This document shows, piece by piece, positions 44,786 through 55,767 of a stretch of DNA of 64,000 bases. Below the pieces are notes generated by a model that did no database searches, was not told the origin of the DNA, and saw only the letters and a program-made list of their open reading frames with translations. The position numbers and the translations under genes were made by a program. The stretch's first letter is position 1; each line of letters opens with the position of its first letter. The stretch is taken from positions 1 to 64,000 of the forward strand of contig JAQOWU010000004.1 in NCBI GenBank assembly GCA_030867685.1, read 5' to 3'. Origin of the DNA: Wickerhamiella versatilis (Eukaryota).

Positions 44786-45658
44786 ATGGAACCTCCCACA
44801 AGAACGCATGTCCAGAATGAAGAGCAAGCCGAACGTCCCGTTAGATCTCAGTTTGGGCAGTATCCAAAGGATTATCCAGTCTCTGTAGAGACATATCGTA
44901 TTGATCAAAGCTTTCTCATGAATGGACGGCTGGGATTATCCTTTAATCCGTATGCAACAGGCGATTGCACTACTGACACCAGACCCAAGCAAGGAGACAT
45001 AAGTTATTTCTCTCAAATTCCTTCCCCACCATCAAGATCGAGGTTCTTGGGACATCTTCAAAATGGATATCAGCAGCCAGTATCTAAATTAGATGGGCAT
45101 CGGAATCCTGAGGTCTGTTCGTTTTTCGGACTAAACCCTAATTTGGCGATTGCGCGTAGAATTTCGGTCTATCCAGGTGTTATAATATATGGAGATCTGA
45201 ATAACATTCTATTCAATTGGAATGAGGAAGAAATAAAGGCTCGCCGTCGTATTGTCGTCTTTGAACGATACGAAAGTAATGGTGAGGTTCATTTGTCTTT
45301 TAGGCCAATATTGCGCAGACAATGGCATGATGAAATGGCTGTTATATCCTGCATCTACTATGAGGAGAGGTCAAGTTTCTATTTCACAAGTGTCGATATT
45401 TTGAGATTTCTAGAGAAGCTGCTTTACATTCAACTCGGACCTGAAGAGAAGGGTAGGCTCCGGCGAAAACTTGAAACTTTTCATCCGTTTACTGTGTCCA
45501 AATCAAACTCAGAAAAATGTTTATTCCACCTTGTGATGAGTTATAAAACGCCCCAGCCGAGAAGTATTCACCGAGGTATAAAAGTATTTCATTGGGTTTA
45601 CTTAGAAGCTGCTATTCGAGGACTCATAGATTATATTTATAAATGCCCCGAAAATTAA
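44786..45658 (+). CDS. Fungal YBL029W-like (DUF7082-type) protein
   Basis: WNEEEIKARRRIVVF, VISCIY, FTSVDILRFLE, EEKGRLRRKLE.F.PFTVSK, PRSIHRGIKVFHW. Confidence 0.7.
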   Translation: MEPPTRTHVQNEEQAERPVRSQFGQYPKDYPVSVETYRIDQSFLMNGRLGLSFNPYATGDCTTDTRPKQGDISYFSQIPSPPSRSRFLGHLQNGYQQPVSKLDGHRNPEVCSFFGLNPNLAIARRISVYPGVIIYGDLNNILFNWNEEEIKARRRIVVFERYESNGEVHLSFRPILRRQWHDEMAVISCIYYEERSSFYFTSVDILRFLEKLLYIQLGPEEKGRLRRKLETFHPFTVSKSNSEKCLFHLVMSYKTPQPRSIHRGIKVFHWVYLEAAIRGLIDYIYKCPEN

Positions 45659-45761
45659 CGAAATATGTTTGTTTGTTTGTTCTTGCTTCTTGCGGTGGTA
45701 TATAGGTATAAGCGAATTAATTACTAACAACTAACTTCTGATACTTATAACATTTATATGG

Positions 45762-46525
45762 TAGCAAGATCGATGCTGTCTCTGATGTCAACCTCGAAAT
45801 TCCTAGTTGTCCATGTATTATCATGCCTCTTCTGTTAATGAAACTACAACTATCGATGGACTGGAACTGGCATTACTACTCTAAGCACTAATGACGCTTT
45901 TATTAGTGGTACCGAGATGTACTGTTCGCGAATTTACAACTAAGACCCTCTCTGAATTGGAGAGTGGCATTTTAACGACTGAATTCACAAAGTTAACCAC
46001 TATTCCTTCCCCCACTCCTACCACATTTGCGTATGGCAGTGCACTTATACCGTGACTTGGGCTACTACCCTCACTATAGAGGAAGATTGCAGTTGTACGC
46101 AGACTACTTCTAATACTCAAGTCACCTCTGAGCGGTATTCTGATTCACCATTTGCTACACTTACTGGTTATCCCTCGGCCACGCAGGCCCTTGAATCGAC
46201 TGCCAGTAGTGAAACTGGGAATATGAGTTACCAGAATGCTATCTTATCATGTGCTATGCTCATTGGCGTTTCGTCATCTCAGACTATTGAATCGTCTGAT
46301 GGTCATGACGTTAGGGTAACATCTGAATAGTATGCTTGCTCACTATTTACTACAATAAGTAGGTATTTCTTAGCTTCGCAAGTAGCTGAATCGACTGTTT
46401 TTCCAGGTATGGTTGAGCATCCGTCAAGCTCAGTTCCTGAGGTAGCAAATGCGTGATCGACTCTCAAACCCATCAATGGTTTCTTTACGGACATTGCTGT
46501 TGCGAGTATTTTAAATACTTTATGG
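45762..46525 (+). pseudogene. Decayed C-terminal part of an adhesin paralog
   Basis: TTIPSPTPTTFAYG and VTWATTLTIEEDCSCTQT match TTIPCPSPTTFAYG and VTQATTLTLEDCDCTQT; SSVPEVANA*STLKPINGFF matches NSVPEVANSGHSLEPVKGMF; one eroded 44-aa repeat upstream. Confidence 0.8.
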
Positions 46526-47731
46526 CGTTTTTGTATTTGTATGCAGATTAATAGCATACATCCATTAACTTCTGCATAGATAGGTTGAAATAACGTTGTA
46601 TGTATGTTTAACATATTCTGCAGATGGATCCCAGCTAATATTTTCTGGATTAAGCCCCTCTTGGAAGAAAATCGGGAAAGAATATCTTAATTTGAAGTAC
46701 AAGCATATGCACTGATTCTTTATATTTATGTTCTAATTTCCAAGGAAAAGCGTACGCGACTCGACAGGGTCGATATATTCTCTAAGACCACGCTGGCATA
46801 CCTAATTGCTGGTCGCAGGCATACAGCTATACACTACTTTTTTACAAATACTGCTGGAAATTTAAAAAATCTCTCTCCTTGCCACAGTTTTAACAGTTTG
46901 AAGTGAATGCCTGCCGAAAAAAAAATATTAGTCACTTTGGAGTCTAGAACAGGCCTAGACATCCCTCTGGAGACAGTTCTCTCTCATCTTGACTATACCT
47001 TTTCCGATTGCTTTTATTTTTGACTAGAAATAATTCTATTCATGGATGTGGCTCTACTTGCTTTTCTACTACCACTGAAGAGGCCATTGATAACAAACGT
47101 AACCGTCATTTTGGGCTTTCTAAGATGGGTTTTATCCAGTGTGTCTATAGACATGAAATAGAATTCGTAGCTTCTTTTGGCTCTTTATTACTATCCAACA
47201 ACAAATTTACTGATCTATATGGTTGGGCAAAATATGGATGCACAGATCTTGACGCCTTCCAACCATACTCACATTGTGCGATTGGTTGGGGAATAAGAGA
47301 TTTGTTTTCTTAAAGACAAAGCGAGAAGTGGTTCCAAGTTTTCAAAAAATTACACATTATTCGCCACTTCCCGATATTTCGACCTGCATCAATCTCAGAC
47401 AAAACTGCGACGAAAAGTTGCTACGCATCTGTAAAGTAATGCATTGTAGTGCAGTTTGCAGTATGTTACCACCTCACCCTGGCATGCGGATGTCAGCATG
47501 AAAAAATGCTATTTTTAACAGCGATGTAGAAATATGTAAAAACTTAGTGGATTAAGGATGTAAAAGAATACATTAAACTGACTGACATCTCAAATGGCTT
47601 AGCAGCGAACAGTGTCCTATCCACAGGAGCTCACATGTAAGTTTAATAAATGATTACTGGTCCGTTTGAGCTGTGCCCACCTTCCAGACAATTAATGTGA
47701 TCTTATGCTTACCAGTATATGATCAGAGGAT

Positions 47732-48319
47732 ATGGACCTTTCATTGATCGTGCATGGATTTAGTCGTCGAAAGTTTTCACTGAAGTCTTTTGGCGAAGTG
47801 ACGGAGCAAGGGCGTGGGACGACCCTTAAGGCACAATCACTTAATGCGAGCGCAAGTCATAATTTAATGGTTGAACACGAAAATAAGAGCAGCAAAATGT
47901 ATCTTGAAAGACAGTCTTCCTCAGTTGAGCGGTTTCCATATTCTAACACATCATCCCTGCAAAGTTTTGTTTTAGATGGTAGCATGGCCCTGTGTCGCTT
48001 GCACAATTCCCATAAAAACTATTCTGAAAATAGAATAAGGTGCGAAGACCATGGTGTTAAAAAGGGAACATCATCCTTCGCCTCCCTGGCCTATAACGAG
48101 AAATTAAGCCTAAAAGAACAACTCCTGATATCACGAGTTGGATTTAACGGTCTCTATCATTGCGAAATATGCCAGAAAAAATTTAGATACAAGACTGATC
48201 TCTCAAGGCATCTGTGTATTCATCTTGATATTCGTCCATATGCCTGTCCAATTCGTTCAAGAAGGTTTATACAGAAGAAGTCTTTAAATGTGCACGTAAA
48301 AACACACACGCGGAGGTAG
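47732..48319 (+). CDS. C2H2 zinc-finger protein; second finger degenerate
   Basis: YHCEICQKKF..L.RHLCIH, linker LDIRPY, then CPIRSRRF..L..HVKTH, which lacks the second Cys. Confidence 0.6.
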   Translation: MDLSLIVHGFSRRKFSLKSFGEVTEQGRGTTLKAQSLNASASHNLMVEHENKSSKMYLERQSSSVERFPYSNTSSLQSFVLDGSMALCRLHNSHKNYSENRIRCEDHGVKKGTSSFASLAYNEKLSLKEQLLISRVGFNGLYHCEICQKKFRYKTDLSRHLCIHLDIRPYACPIRSRRFIQKKSLNVHVKTHTRR

Positions 48320-49220
48320 CTAGCAGCTAATTTTACTAGCACTATCGACTGTATGACTTAGTGATTAAACGTGCGGTATAATTCAGTAGAGGAATATTTT
48401 TTTATCGAGCTGCAGGTCATTTTCACTTCAAGTTGTTGTATTAATGCGCGCACTCAGATCTAGTTTTTAGGGGGGACTCGTACCGCTGTTCCGAGATAGT
48501 TCTCAAATTTGTCGGTGTGAAATATCGACAATTGAATCCGTGCATGATTAAAGAACCATATCGTTTAGGTACAAGTAGGTTCTCAGAACTTGGAATAAAT
48601 ATGGATGTTCCACAAGGTGTAGCGGCTACCCAGCTGATTAAGCCCTGCCTTTAAAGTTACACCTTACCCCGCACTACCCTAGCGAGACAGTAAATATTGT
48701 ATAGTGACTTTAACTCTAGACATTTTTGATCCTATCTGGAGCCATGAATACATAGAACTCTCTTATACTACGATATTGCATTGTTAGAAGCAGTATTGGT
48801 CATGTTACTAACATCTGTGTCTGGAGAGATCTACATATCTGCATTGCACTGCATTACAGATTGCTTTATATGCACGTACCCCCTTGTACTTTATGCAGCA
48901 AACTAACATGGGCATCTGTGAAAGGATCTTGGCGTAGAGAATACGAGCGAGCAAAGACATTTTCGATTTGTAATTAATATTATTGCACATCACTTTTGTG
49001 TGGAAGGTATTGAGGTCTTGTTCCGCTGGACTAGTAGTCAAGGGCTCCCTTTAGCCGCTCTCCTTTTTTTTAATGTATATTAGGCTTCTTGTATATGGTA
49101 GCCATAATTAATACAGACTTATATATGTAAATAGGTTAATATGAGTGTCAATAATCAAAGTGTATATATTTCATTTCTCACACCAAACAGTCTCGGTCAG
49201 ATTATCTGATAGAACTATAC

Positions 49221-49561
49221 TGGCCATGGTCGCAGGCAACAGGTGTCGTTTTGAAGTGTACTAAAAACACACCATTATTAGTTCTCTACTTTTATAATCT
49301 TGTGGTTAAGATATTCCCGCCAGATGCGATAAGTATCATCAGTGGATACGGAGCTGAGGCAGGTTAGGCTATGGCTCGCAACGTGAATATTAGCCAGATC
49401 ACATTCGCAGGTAGCACTGCCGTTGGTAAGAGAATCATGCGTGGAGCTGCCGAGTTTAATTTGAAGAACGTTATTTAAAAATGCGGTAGTAAGTCCCCAT
49501 GGTGGTCTTCGATGATGCTAATCTCGAGCAGGCTGCGTGATGAGCTTATTTCAGTATACTC
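49221..49561 (+). pseudogene. Aldehyde dehydrogenase relic (not in the ORF track)
   Basis: Manual translation: AMVAGN..VVLK..NTPL..; ISIISGYGAEAG*AMARNVNISQITFAGSTAVGKRIMRGAAEFNLKNVI*KCGSKSP/MVVFDDANLEQAA, i.e. the ALDH FTGST and ELGGKSP region with stops. Confidence 0.85.
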
Positions 49562-49617
49562 CTGACATATTATTACACTTTAGCTCCTATGTTCTTTTTT
49601 TTCGATTCTTTGTGTAT

Positions 49618-49975
49618 TATTGTAGTGCAGTTTGCAGGTATGTATCACCTCATCCTGGCATGCAGATGTCAGCATGAAAAAATGCTATTTTTAACGGCGA
49701 TGTAAAAATATGCAAGAACCCAGTGTATTAAGGAACAAAAACAAATTAAACTTATTGAAGTCTCAAATGGCTTAGCAACGATCGGTATCCACGGGAGCTC
49801 ACATGTAAGTTTAATAAATGATGACTGATCCGTTTGAGCTGTGCCCACCTTCCAGACAATTTATGTGATCTTCGTGGGCTATCTTACCAGTATATGTCAG
49901 ATGATATATACTTTCATTAATCGTGCATGGATTTAATCGTCAAGAGCTGTCACTGAAATCTTTTTTGGCGAAGTG
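49618..49975 (+). repeat. Diverged direct copy of ~47443-47800 (upstream region and 5' end of the zinc-finger gene)
   Basis: Shared ATTGTAGTGCAGTTTGCAG, GATGTCAGCATGAAAAAATGCTATTTTTAAC, GGAGCTCACATGTAAGTTTAATAAATGA, TCCGTTTGAGCTGTGCCCACCTTCCAGACAAT. Confidence 0.93.
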
Positions 49976-50110
49976 TTTTAGCTGTAAGTTCATCAATCTT
50001 GAAAATACTATGCCACAAAGTACATTTTAATTGGTATCTAATGCATCCTAGCTTAGGCAACCTGATTCTAGCATCAAATTAACCGATGATGGCGATGCCG
50101 GCAAGGCTGG

Positions 50111-50130
50111 CTGGCTGGACAATGCAAGAT
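50111..50130 (-). repeat. 41-bp repeat fragment
   Basis: CTGGCTGGACAATGCAAGAT. Confidence 0.85.
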
Positions 50131-50630
50131 CACATAATTACAGGATAGCCGGGCTTAGGTATAAAGGGTTGAACGCATTTTGTTGAGGAAGTGACATTAT
50201 GAAGATAGCCTCCTCATATAAGATTAAATTTCAGTAATCCTGAATCTGCTGGACTGTGCAACGTAGCTTGATCTATCAGTCTCGATTTGGGTATATATAT
50301 AAATGGTTCGAATTCTACTCGTGCTGGTATATGTATGGCGTGGATACTTATGTACTTATGACTTATAGATTCTTGTTGGTGACTAATCGATGTACGCGAG
50401 TTACTGGTTCCGCAGTACACGATAGTTTTTCTAGTACGAAATAGACATAAGTTTGGTTATGTGTTTAGTGGTATGAATAAAGAAAAGAGAACCTATATTT
50501 TGCTGCGGTTCTGTGAATGTTGCTAAAATTATGTACGCTATTTTAGCATTATAAATGGGGACTTGTCATCTGAGTCATATGAAGATTAGCCATGCAACTG
50601 TCAACTTCAATTGTGATATTTTTTTCCATT

Positions 50631-50663
50631 CCTGTGACTGGCTGGACAATGCAAGATAGCCCA
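50631..50663 (-). repeat. 41-bp repeat fragment
   Basis: CCTGTGACTGGCTGGACAATGCAAGATAGCCCA. Confidence 0.93.
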
Positions 50664-51023
50664 TATTTAAGACTCACGTCCTCTTTGTGGATGGAGTTAC
50701 CAATCATGCCGTAATTGGCTGGTTGGGAGGGCCGGGAATATCGATATGTAGTATTTAGTGATGAATTGTCAATAATATGGCTCTTGCTCCCCACCTTGAA
50801 CTGACGCTTGAGAAGAGGAGTAGTTGTCCGGATAGCTGGGATACCAACAAATACTGATTTATCCAGCGAGAAAGCTCAAACTTGGTAGATCGAGAGAGGC
50901 TGTCAAGAAGTATGCATATCAATGTGGTATGTGCCAATATGTTGTTCGCATATCCCGATACATCAGCCATTAGAGCCGACTCCGGCTTCATTGCCGCTGC
51001 AAAGCCTGACAGTAAAAGAGCAA

Positions 51024-51045
51024 CTATATTGCATTTTCCAACCAG
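51024..51045 (+). repeat. 41-bp repeat fragment
   Basis: CTATATTGCATTTTCCAACCAG. Confidence 0.75.
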
Positions 51046-51330
51046 ACGAATTAACGCATGGACATCTGGTTGCTTTCTTTATAGTGACACACGTTCTGAG
51101 GGTTATCTAGAATGCAAAACAGAGATTCTCATAAGGAAAGGCATTGATTCTGCTCCTACTTAAGCAATCTAGCATAGAATTTAAATTAAATATTCATCCA
51201 CAAAGATACTAGCATAATGTATAAATTCATATATCACGCTAGAGACAAAAATTTTCGTGAGCACATCATGAAGGCTCTCACCACGGAGTGTGGAGAGCTA
51301 AATAGTAAAGAAAATGCAGCAAAATATTTT

Positions 51331-53007
51331 CTAAGAGGGGTTAACTCCTTTGTCTTGATAGTCTTCATTAGACATTCGCTCAAACTTCTTATCTGCATCC
51401 AGAACTTGGGCGAACTTGGATTTTTTTCGGACATAAGGACCCTTTGAGTAAAAGATGTAAATTGGTATGACTACAAGTATCGAGATACACCCAAGAATTG
51501 TTGAAGCCCACTGATGGTTCAAGTCATGTTTTTTATCGATGTTATCATATAGGGGATTTGCATACATTGTTGAAACCCCCGCCAGCAGGTCTCGCGCAAA
51601 TCCATTTCCACCAGTTGCCGAGGCTGAATATGGGCCATACGCAGCGATCATATAGTCTATCGTTGCTTCATAGATAGAGAAATTTGCAATGCCAACACAC
51701 GCAAAGAACAGTGCAGGGGCAATCCATGGAATATCATACATGCCGCGCTTACCAAAACATGTCCAACCGAACCCAAAAAGCCCTATGGGTTCCAAAGGGG
51801 CAAGGAATAATAAAAGAAGTAACCTTCTTTCAGCCAACCGTGACTCATCACCAAACCTCTTGGACAAATTTATTTGACGCGCAACATCTATGAAATGCAA
51901 GCCGTAAGCAATTATATATCCCACAAGTACTGACACATAAAATATGCCCGTCGCTGTGTTACCAAACCCCCAGCCGTCACCAAGAACATCCCCAAGCGAA
52001 TTCATAAACATGAATATCAATGCATCTGAGAAACCTGAGAGGAGGGACAAGCTCAATACGATGAGCTCCCGCATAAACATTTCAAAAGGTCTCTTCCAAA
52101 TTAGCAAGGCCTTTTTTGGGGTGATTTTGTTATCATTTAGCTCTCCTGGTCCCCATATATTTATATCCTCATGGTTTTCACGTCGTCGCTTTGCCTCACG
52201 ATCTAGCAAAATAGAACACCTGGTTTCACAAGCCAATAAGAAATGAAAAGCTTGAGCAAACACACCAACTATGAGCTGAATCCAAAAAAACCAGCGCCAG
52301 CCAAGATTGTCTTCTGCAATTCCACCAAAAATAGGACCAATCGTGGAGCCAGAAACGCTCGATGCCACTATGAAAAGAACGCCAAATCCTTGATCATGTG
52401 AATCCCACAGATCTGCCACTACCGCTAGTGTAACCGATCCACCTGCACTACAGAGCCCCGTGAAGGCTCGGGCAACGCAGATAGAGGTAAAGTTTGGAGC
52501 AAGTCCACCTAGAATTTGCCAGACATTTACCAGGAGCAATGAAATTTGCATTATCCAAAACCGACCATATTCCTCGGACCATGGCGCCCATAGTTCACAT
52601 CCAATTGCATAGCAAACCATCATTAACATTTGAGACACGCGGACTTTTGGAAGCTTCACGCTTAAATCAGAACTGACTTGAGAAAGGGCATTGGAGTAGA
52701 AAGCCGCATTGAAGTTCATGGAAACCTGAACCATGAAGACTGCCAACATTATTGACCATTTTCTCCACCATGAAAAACTATAGCCGAGCTTTGAATAGCA
52801 ATTTCGCTCGCGTAATTCACGTCTACCATCTTTGCGCAATGTCCCATCCAACCACTTCAGCTGGTTATTACCTTTCTCGTCGGTGAAAGAAACCTCTACC
52901 TCAGCCCCAATATCTTCAACGTAATGTGCAGTTGACTTCATGTGGTCCGGTGCTGATTCGACATCAGGCACTGTCTGCAGCGCAATTTCACTTGTGTGCT
53001 CAACCAT
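51331..53007 (-). CDS. FFZ1: Ffz-type fructose facilitator (DHA1-related MFS)
   Basis: GRRELRERNCYSKLGYSFSWWRKW, VQVSMNFNA, GCELWAPWSEEYGR, AAYGPYSASATGGNGFARD; recognised from memory of the Ffz family. Confidence 0.7.
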   Translation of the reverse strand: MVEHTSEIALQTVPDVESAPDHMKSTAHYVEDIGAEVEVSFTDEKGNNQLKWLDGTLRKDGRRELRERNCYSKLGYSFSWWRKWSIMLAVFMVQVSMNFNAAFYSNALSQVSSDLSVKLPKVRVSQMLMMVCYAIGCELWAPWSEEYGRFWIMQISLLLVNVWQILGGLAPNFTSICVARAFTGLCSAGGSVTLAVVADLWDSHDQGFGVLFIVASSVSGSTIGPIFGGIAEDNLGWRWFFWIQLIVGVFAQAFHFLLACETRCSILLDREAKRRRENHEDINIWGPGELNDNKITPKKALLIWKRPFEMFMRELIVLSLSLLSGFSDALIFMFMNSLGDVLGDGWGFGNTATGIFYVSVLVGYIIAYGLHFIDVARQINLSKRFGDESRLAERRLLLLLFLAPLEPIGLFGFGWTCFGKRGMYDIPWIAPALFFACVGIANFSIYEATIDYMIAAYGPYSASATGGNGFARDLLAGVSTMYANPLYDNIDKKHDLNHQWASTILGCISILVVIPIYIFYSKGPYVRKKSKFAQVLDADKKFERMSNEDYQDKGVNPS

Positions 53008-53278
53008 ATGATTGTCGCATAACTAATCTTGTCCGACGATGCTCCGATTCTTGCTTAGTTAAATGTTCATCTCTATGTAGTAGCCAAAATCATTGGAAAT
53101 GGCAAGTTGGCGTAGCTAGAGATTGTTCAAATTTATTTTGCAACCTCAATTTGCTTATCACTATCGCAGAATTGCACCATCCTGTCTTATCAGCCCCAAC
53201 GGCTCTGAACATTATATAATGATATAATGGCAGTAGACGGATAGTAGCAATCCTCTAGCAATCACGTGCATATTGCCT

Positions 53279-53347
53279 GACTGATTAGACAATGCAATAT
53301 GCAGAAAAACATTGATAGAGACTGGTTGGACAATGCAAGGTGGCTCA
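53279..53347 (-). repeat. Two 41-bp repeat fragments about one unit apart
   Basis: GACTGATTAGACAATGCAATAT and GAGACTGGTTGGACAATGCAAGGTGGCTCA. Confidence 0.88.
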
Positions 53348-54096
53348 TTAATAGCAGAAACGCAATAATCTTTAAAACTGTAATTCAAAGAAAACTTGAT
53401 TCTGAATCATAATTAAGTGCACCACAGGTAGTGGCTCAGTGATGGACTGACTACGAGTATGAGGTTAATGCCGCAAAGTCTCTCCTGTATTGATAATCTC
53501 ATGCTACATAAATTCTGTCAAGCAGAATAGAATGTGTGTCTAAAAGGCCGATTTAGCAAGGATGGGTGGTTCAGGATTGGGGACGTGCCAGCAGCTGACC
53601 AGACAGGTAAGTTCAAAATTATAGGTTGCATTAAGGAGCTAATCAAGTTGAAGGGATCTCAATAAACAGCAGTATAGCTAGAGGGCCTGCTACTATATCA
53701 GCCTGGGGTAAGTCAGTTAAGATTCCGTGTACGGATCTCAACAGGTCGGAAAGCTGATATCATCATAGGTGTTCTTACGGTCATGAAATTTACAGTTATC
53801 TTAATTTTACCTGAAACTTTTAAGCCGTTTAGTAGTTCACCTGACAGTCCTATGCAATCAATGATCCGTTTGCAGAACGCAAATTTCTTTCCCTCATACT
53901 TCTCATGTATGTCATTATGTGTAATTTAACACCTGCCAATTGCCTCAGTTCGTTGTACCTTTCTTCTTGTTGGCAAATGAATTTTCAGTCCCTGTAATAT
54001 AACATTATAAAAAAAACTCAGGTATAAATTGTAGGTCAACGTTATATTTAGAATGTATATGTATATAGATAGCTACAAATATCGCATTTATGTGGT

Positions 54097-55143
54097 TCAC
54101 CCAGAAGTGGGAAGACCGACATACGCTTTAAAGGAGTCATACGTCATCCATTGCAGAGCAGTGAGGGTGCCTATCATTAGTATACGAGCTGTAATACCCG
54201 TCCATAGACCATTGAACCCAATTTCCCTATATATACGGCTAGTCGCATCCCTAACTGTTTCCTGTGGTAGGCGCTCCTCATTGATCTTTGATACGAGCGT
54301 GTCCGCAGGATGAGATACAACAGTGCAGAATATACCAGCAATATAGCCACCAAGGCAAGAAATCCCGGTTTGGGTAAGAGTAGAATACTCTTCTTTTTTT
54401 CTGGGCAGCTTAGCGTAGATTGCTTCAACTGTGTCCTCGAAAGTGGCAAACTTTACCATGGTATATGGAACTTGGCGGAACCAAAGGGGTACCAATCCAT
54501 TATAGAGACCCTTAATCCCTAACTCCCCTAGTGCAACACGCGTGCTAGCTATTAATCCAGTATTAACAGGTGGTATGGTGGATTGGGCACGCACTTTAAT
54601 AGCCTCCCAAGGGCAAAGTACGATATCACCAAAAAACTCTGCGGAAGCGGAAGCAATGAGGTATATAGGAGTTCTCCACTTTTCAGCAGTGTTTCCGCCG
54701 GTCAATTGAGCATACTTATACTTGAAATACTCATAGAGACCAAATATAACGCTGCCTTGGAATCCGTATCCTACGAGAGTGGCACCAAAACCAGTGAGTA
54801 GCCCACCAGGACCCTCATTCTTGAGGATGGACCGAAGTCCTTCTGCTTGAGACTTGTAAAGGCCATTCTGAGCACGTACCTTGACAACATCAAGAGGGCA
54901 TACAGCCGCATGTGGGGGCCCACATGCGAATATACCACCGATTGAGCAGCATTTGAAGTATTCTAGACTGCACACCTCAATATAATGCTCTGGTTTCAGC
55001 AGATGTGCGGCCTCCTCCTTGACAGATTCGACTGGTTTCTCTTTTGTTTTCTTCCCATTCTCTTGTGAGGATGAAATCCAAAAACTGCTCGGAGCAGTTC
55101 CAAAACGAGACTTTAGCTGGGTCGTGCTAGGAAAATACACCAT
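54097..55143 (-). CDS. PIC2: Mitochondrial phosphate/copper carrier (Pic2/Mir1 family)
   Basis: Carrier repeats PLDVVKVR, PWEAIKVR, PADTLVSK; PLWFRQVPYTMVKF; RILMIGTLTALQW. Confidence 0.8.
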   Translation of the reverse strand: MVYFPSTTQLKSRFGTAPSSFWISSSQENGKKTKEKPVESVKEEAAHLLKPEHYIEVCSLEYFKCCSIGGIFACGPPHAAVCPLDVVKVRAQNGLYKSQAEGLRSILKNEGPGGLLTGFGATLVGYGFQGSVIFGLYEYFKYKYAQLTGGNTAEKWRTPIYLIASASAEFFGDIVLCPWEAIKVRAQSTIPPVNTGLIASTRVALGELGIKGLYNGLVPLWFRQVPYTMVKFATFEDTVEAIYAKLPRKKEEYSTLTQTGISCLGGYIAGIFCTVVSHPADTLVSKINEERLPQETVRDATSRIYREIGFNGLWTGITARILMIGTLTALQWMTYDSFKAYVGLPTSG

Positions 55144-55767
55144 TTCTCAAGCTGCGAAAAAATTGTCAGAAATGTAGATAACGAGTGCAATGTACTGACT
55201 AATCATGACTACATTTATTGTGAAACAAATTTACGAAGGAATATCCGAAAAGTAAATAAACAGTCAACAAAGGAGCCTTACTCTTTTAATATAATTATTT
55301 CATACATTCGTTGGGGTTTTAGTTCAGCTTCAATTTCACGTGCTAGATCTGAAGTAGGCGCTTACCAGGGGAAAGCAGAATCATTACTCTCAACGTTATT
55401 GGGTATTGGCATTGCAGCTCAGTTAGTCAGTTTTGCAGGATCGATATAACTGCTGAGCCACAACTATTAATAATGTGAAATGAGTGTGGTAAGATTGAAA
55501 TTTAAAGCCAAGTTAGCTGGAATATCGGTAGATGCTGCCTTTTGAAACAATAAAAGCTAATTGAAGAGTACGGAATACCGGTAGCTTATTTGTTCCCCTG
55601 TTACATGTCCCTGGAGCCTGTTAGGTACCAGCGCAGTAGTATATCATATTAAGTAGACTATTTGAAACTATGAAAGGAGTGATGAAGGTGAATATTATAA
55701 CTAGCATCTAAGTTGGCTGTCAGTGGAGAAACTAAGAAATTGCTCCTGTAAGATTAATTTATGAATC

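Noticed and set aside
47008-47313. Possible decayed adhesin N-terminal domain
   Set aside because: Resemblance too weak to support by eye; needs tBLASTn
55336-55343. CACGTG upstream of the phosphate carrier as a Pho4 site
   Set aside because: A single hexamer occurs often by chance and is equally a Cbf1-type site
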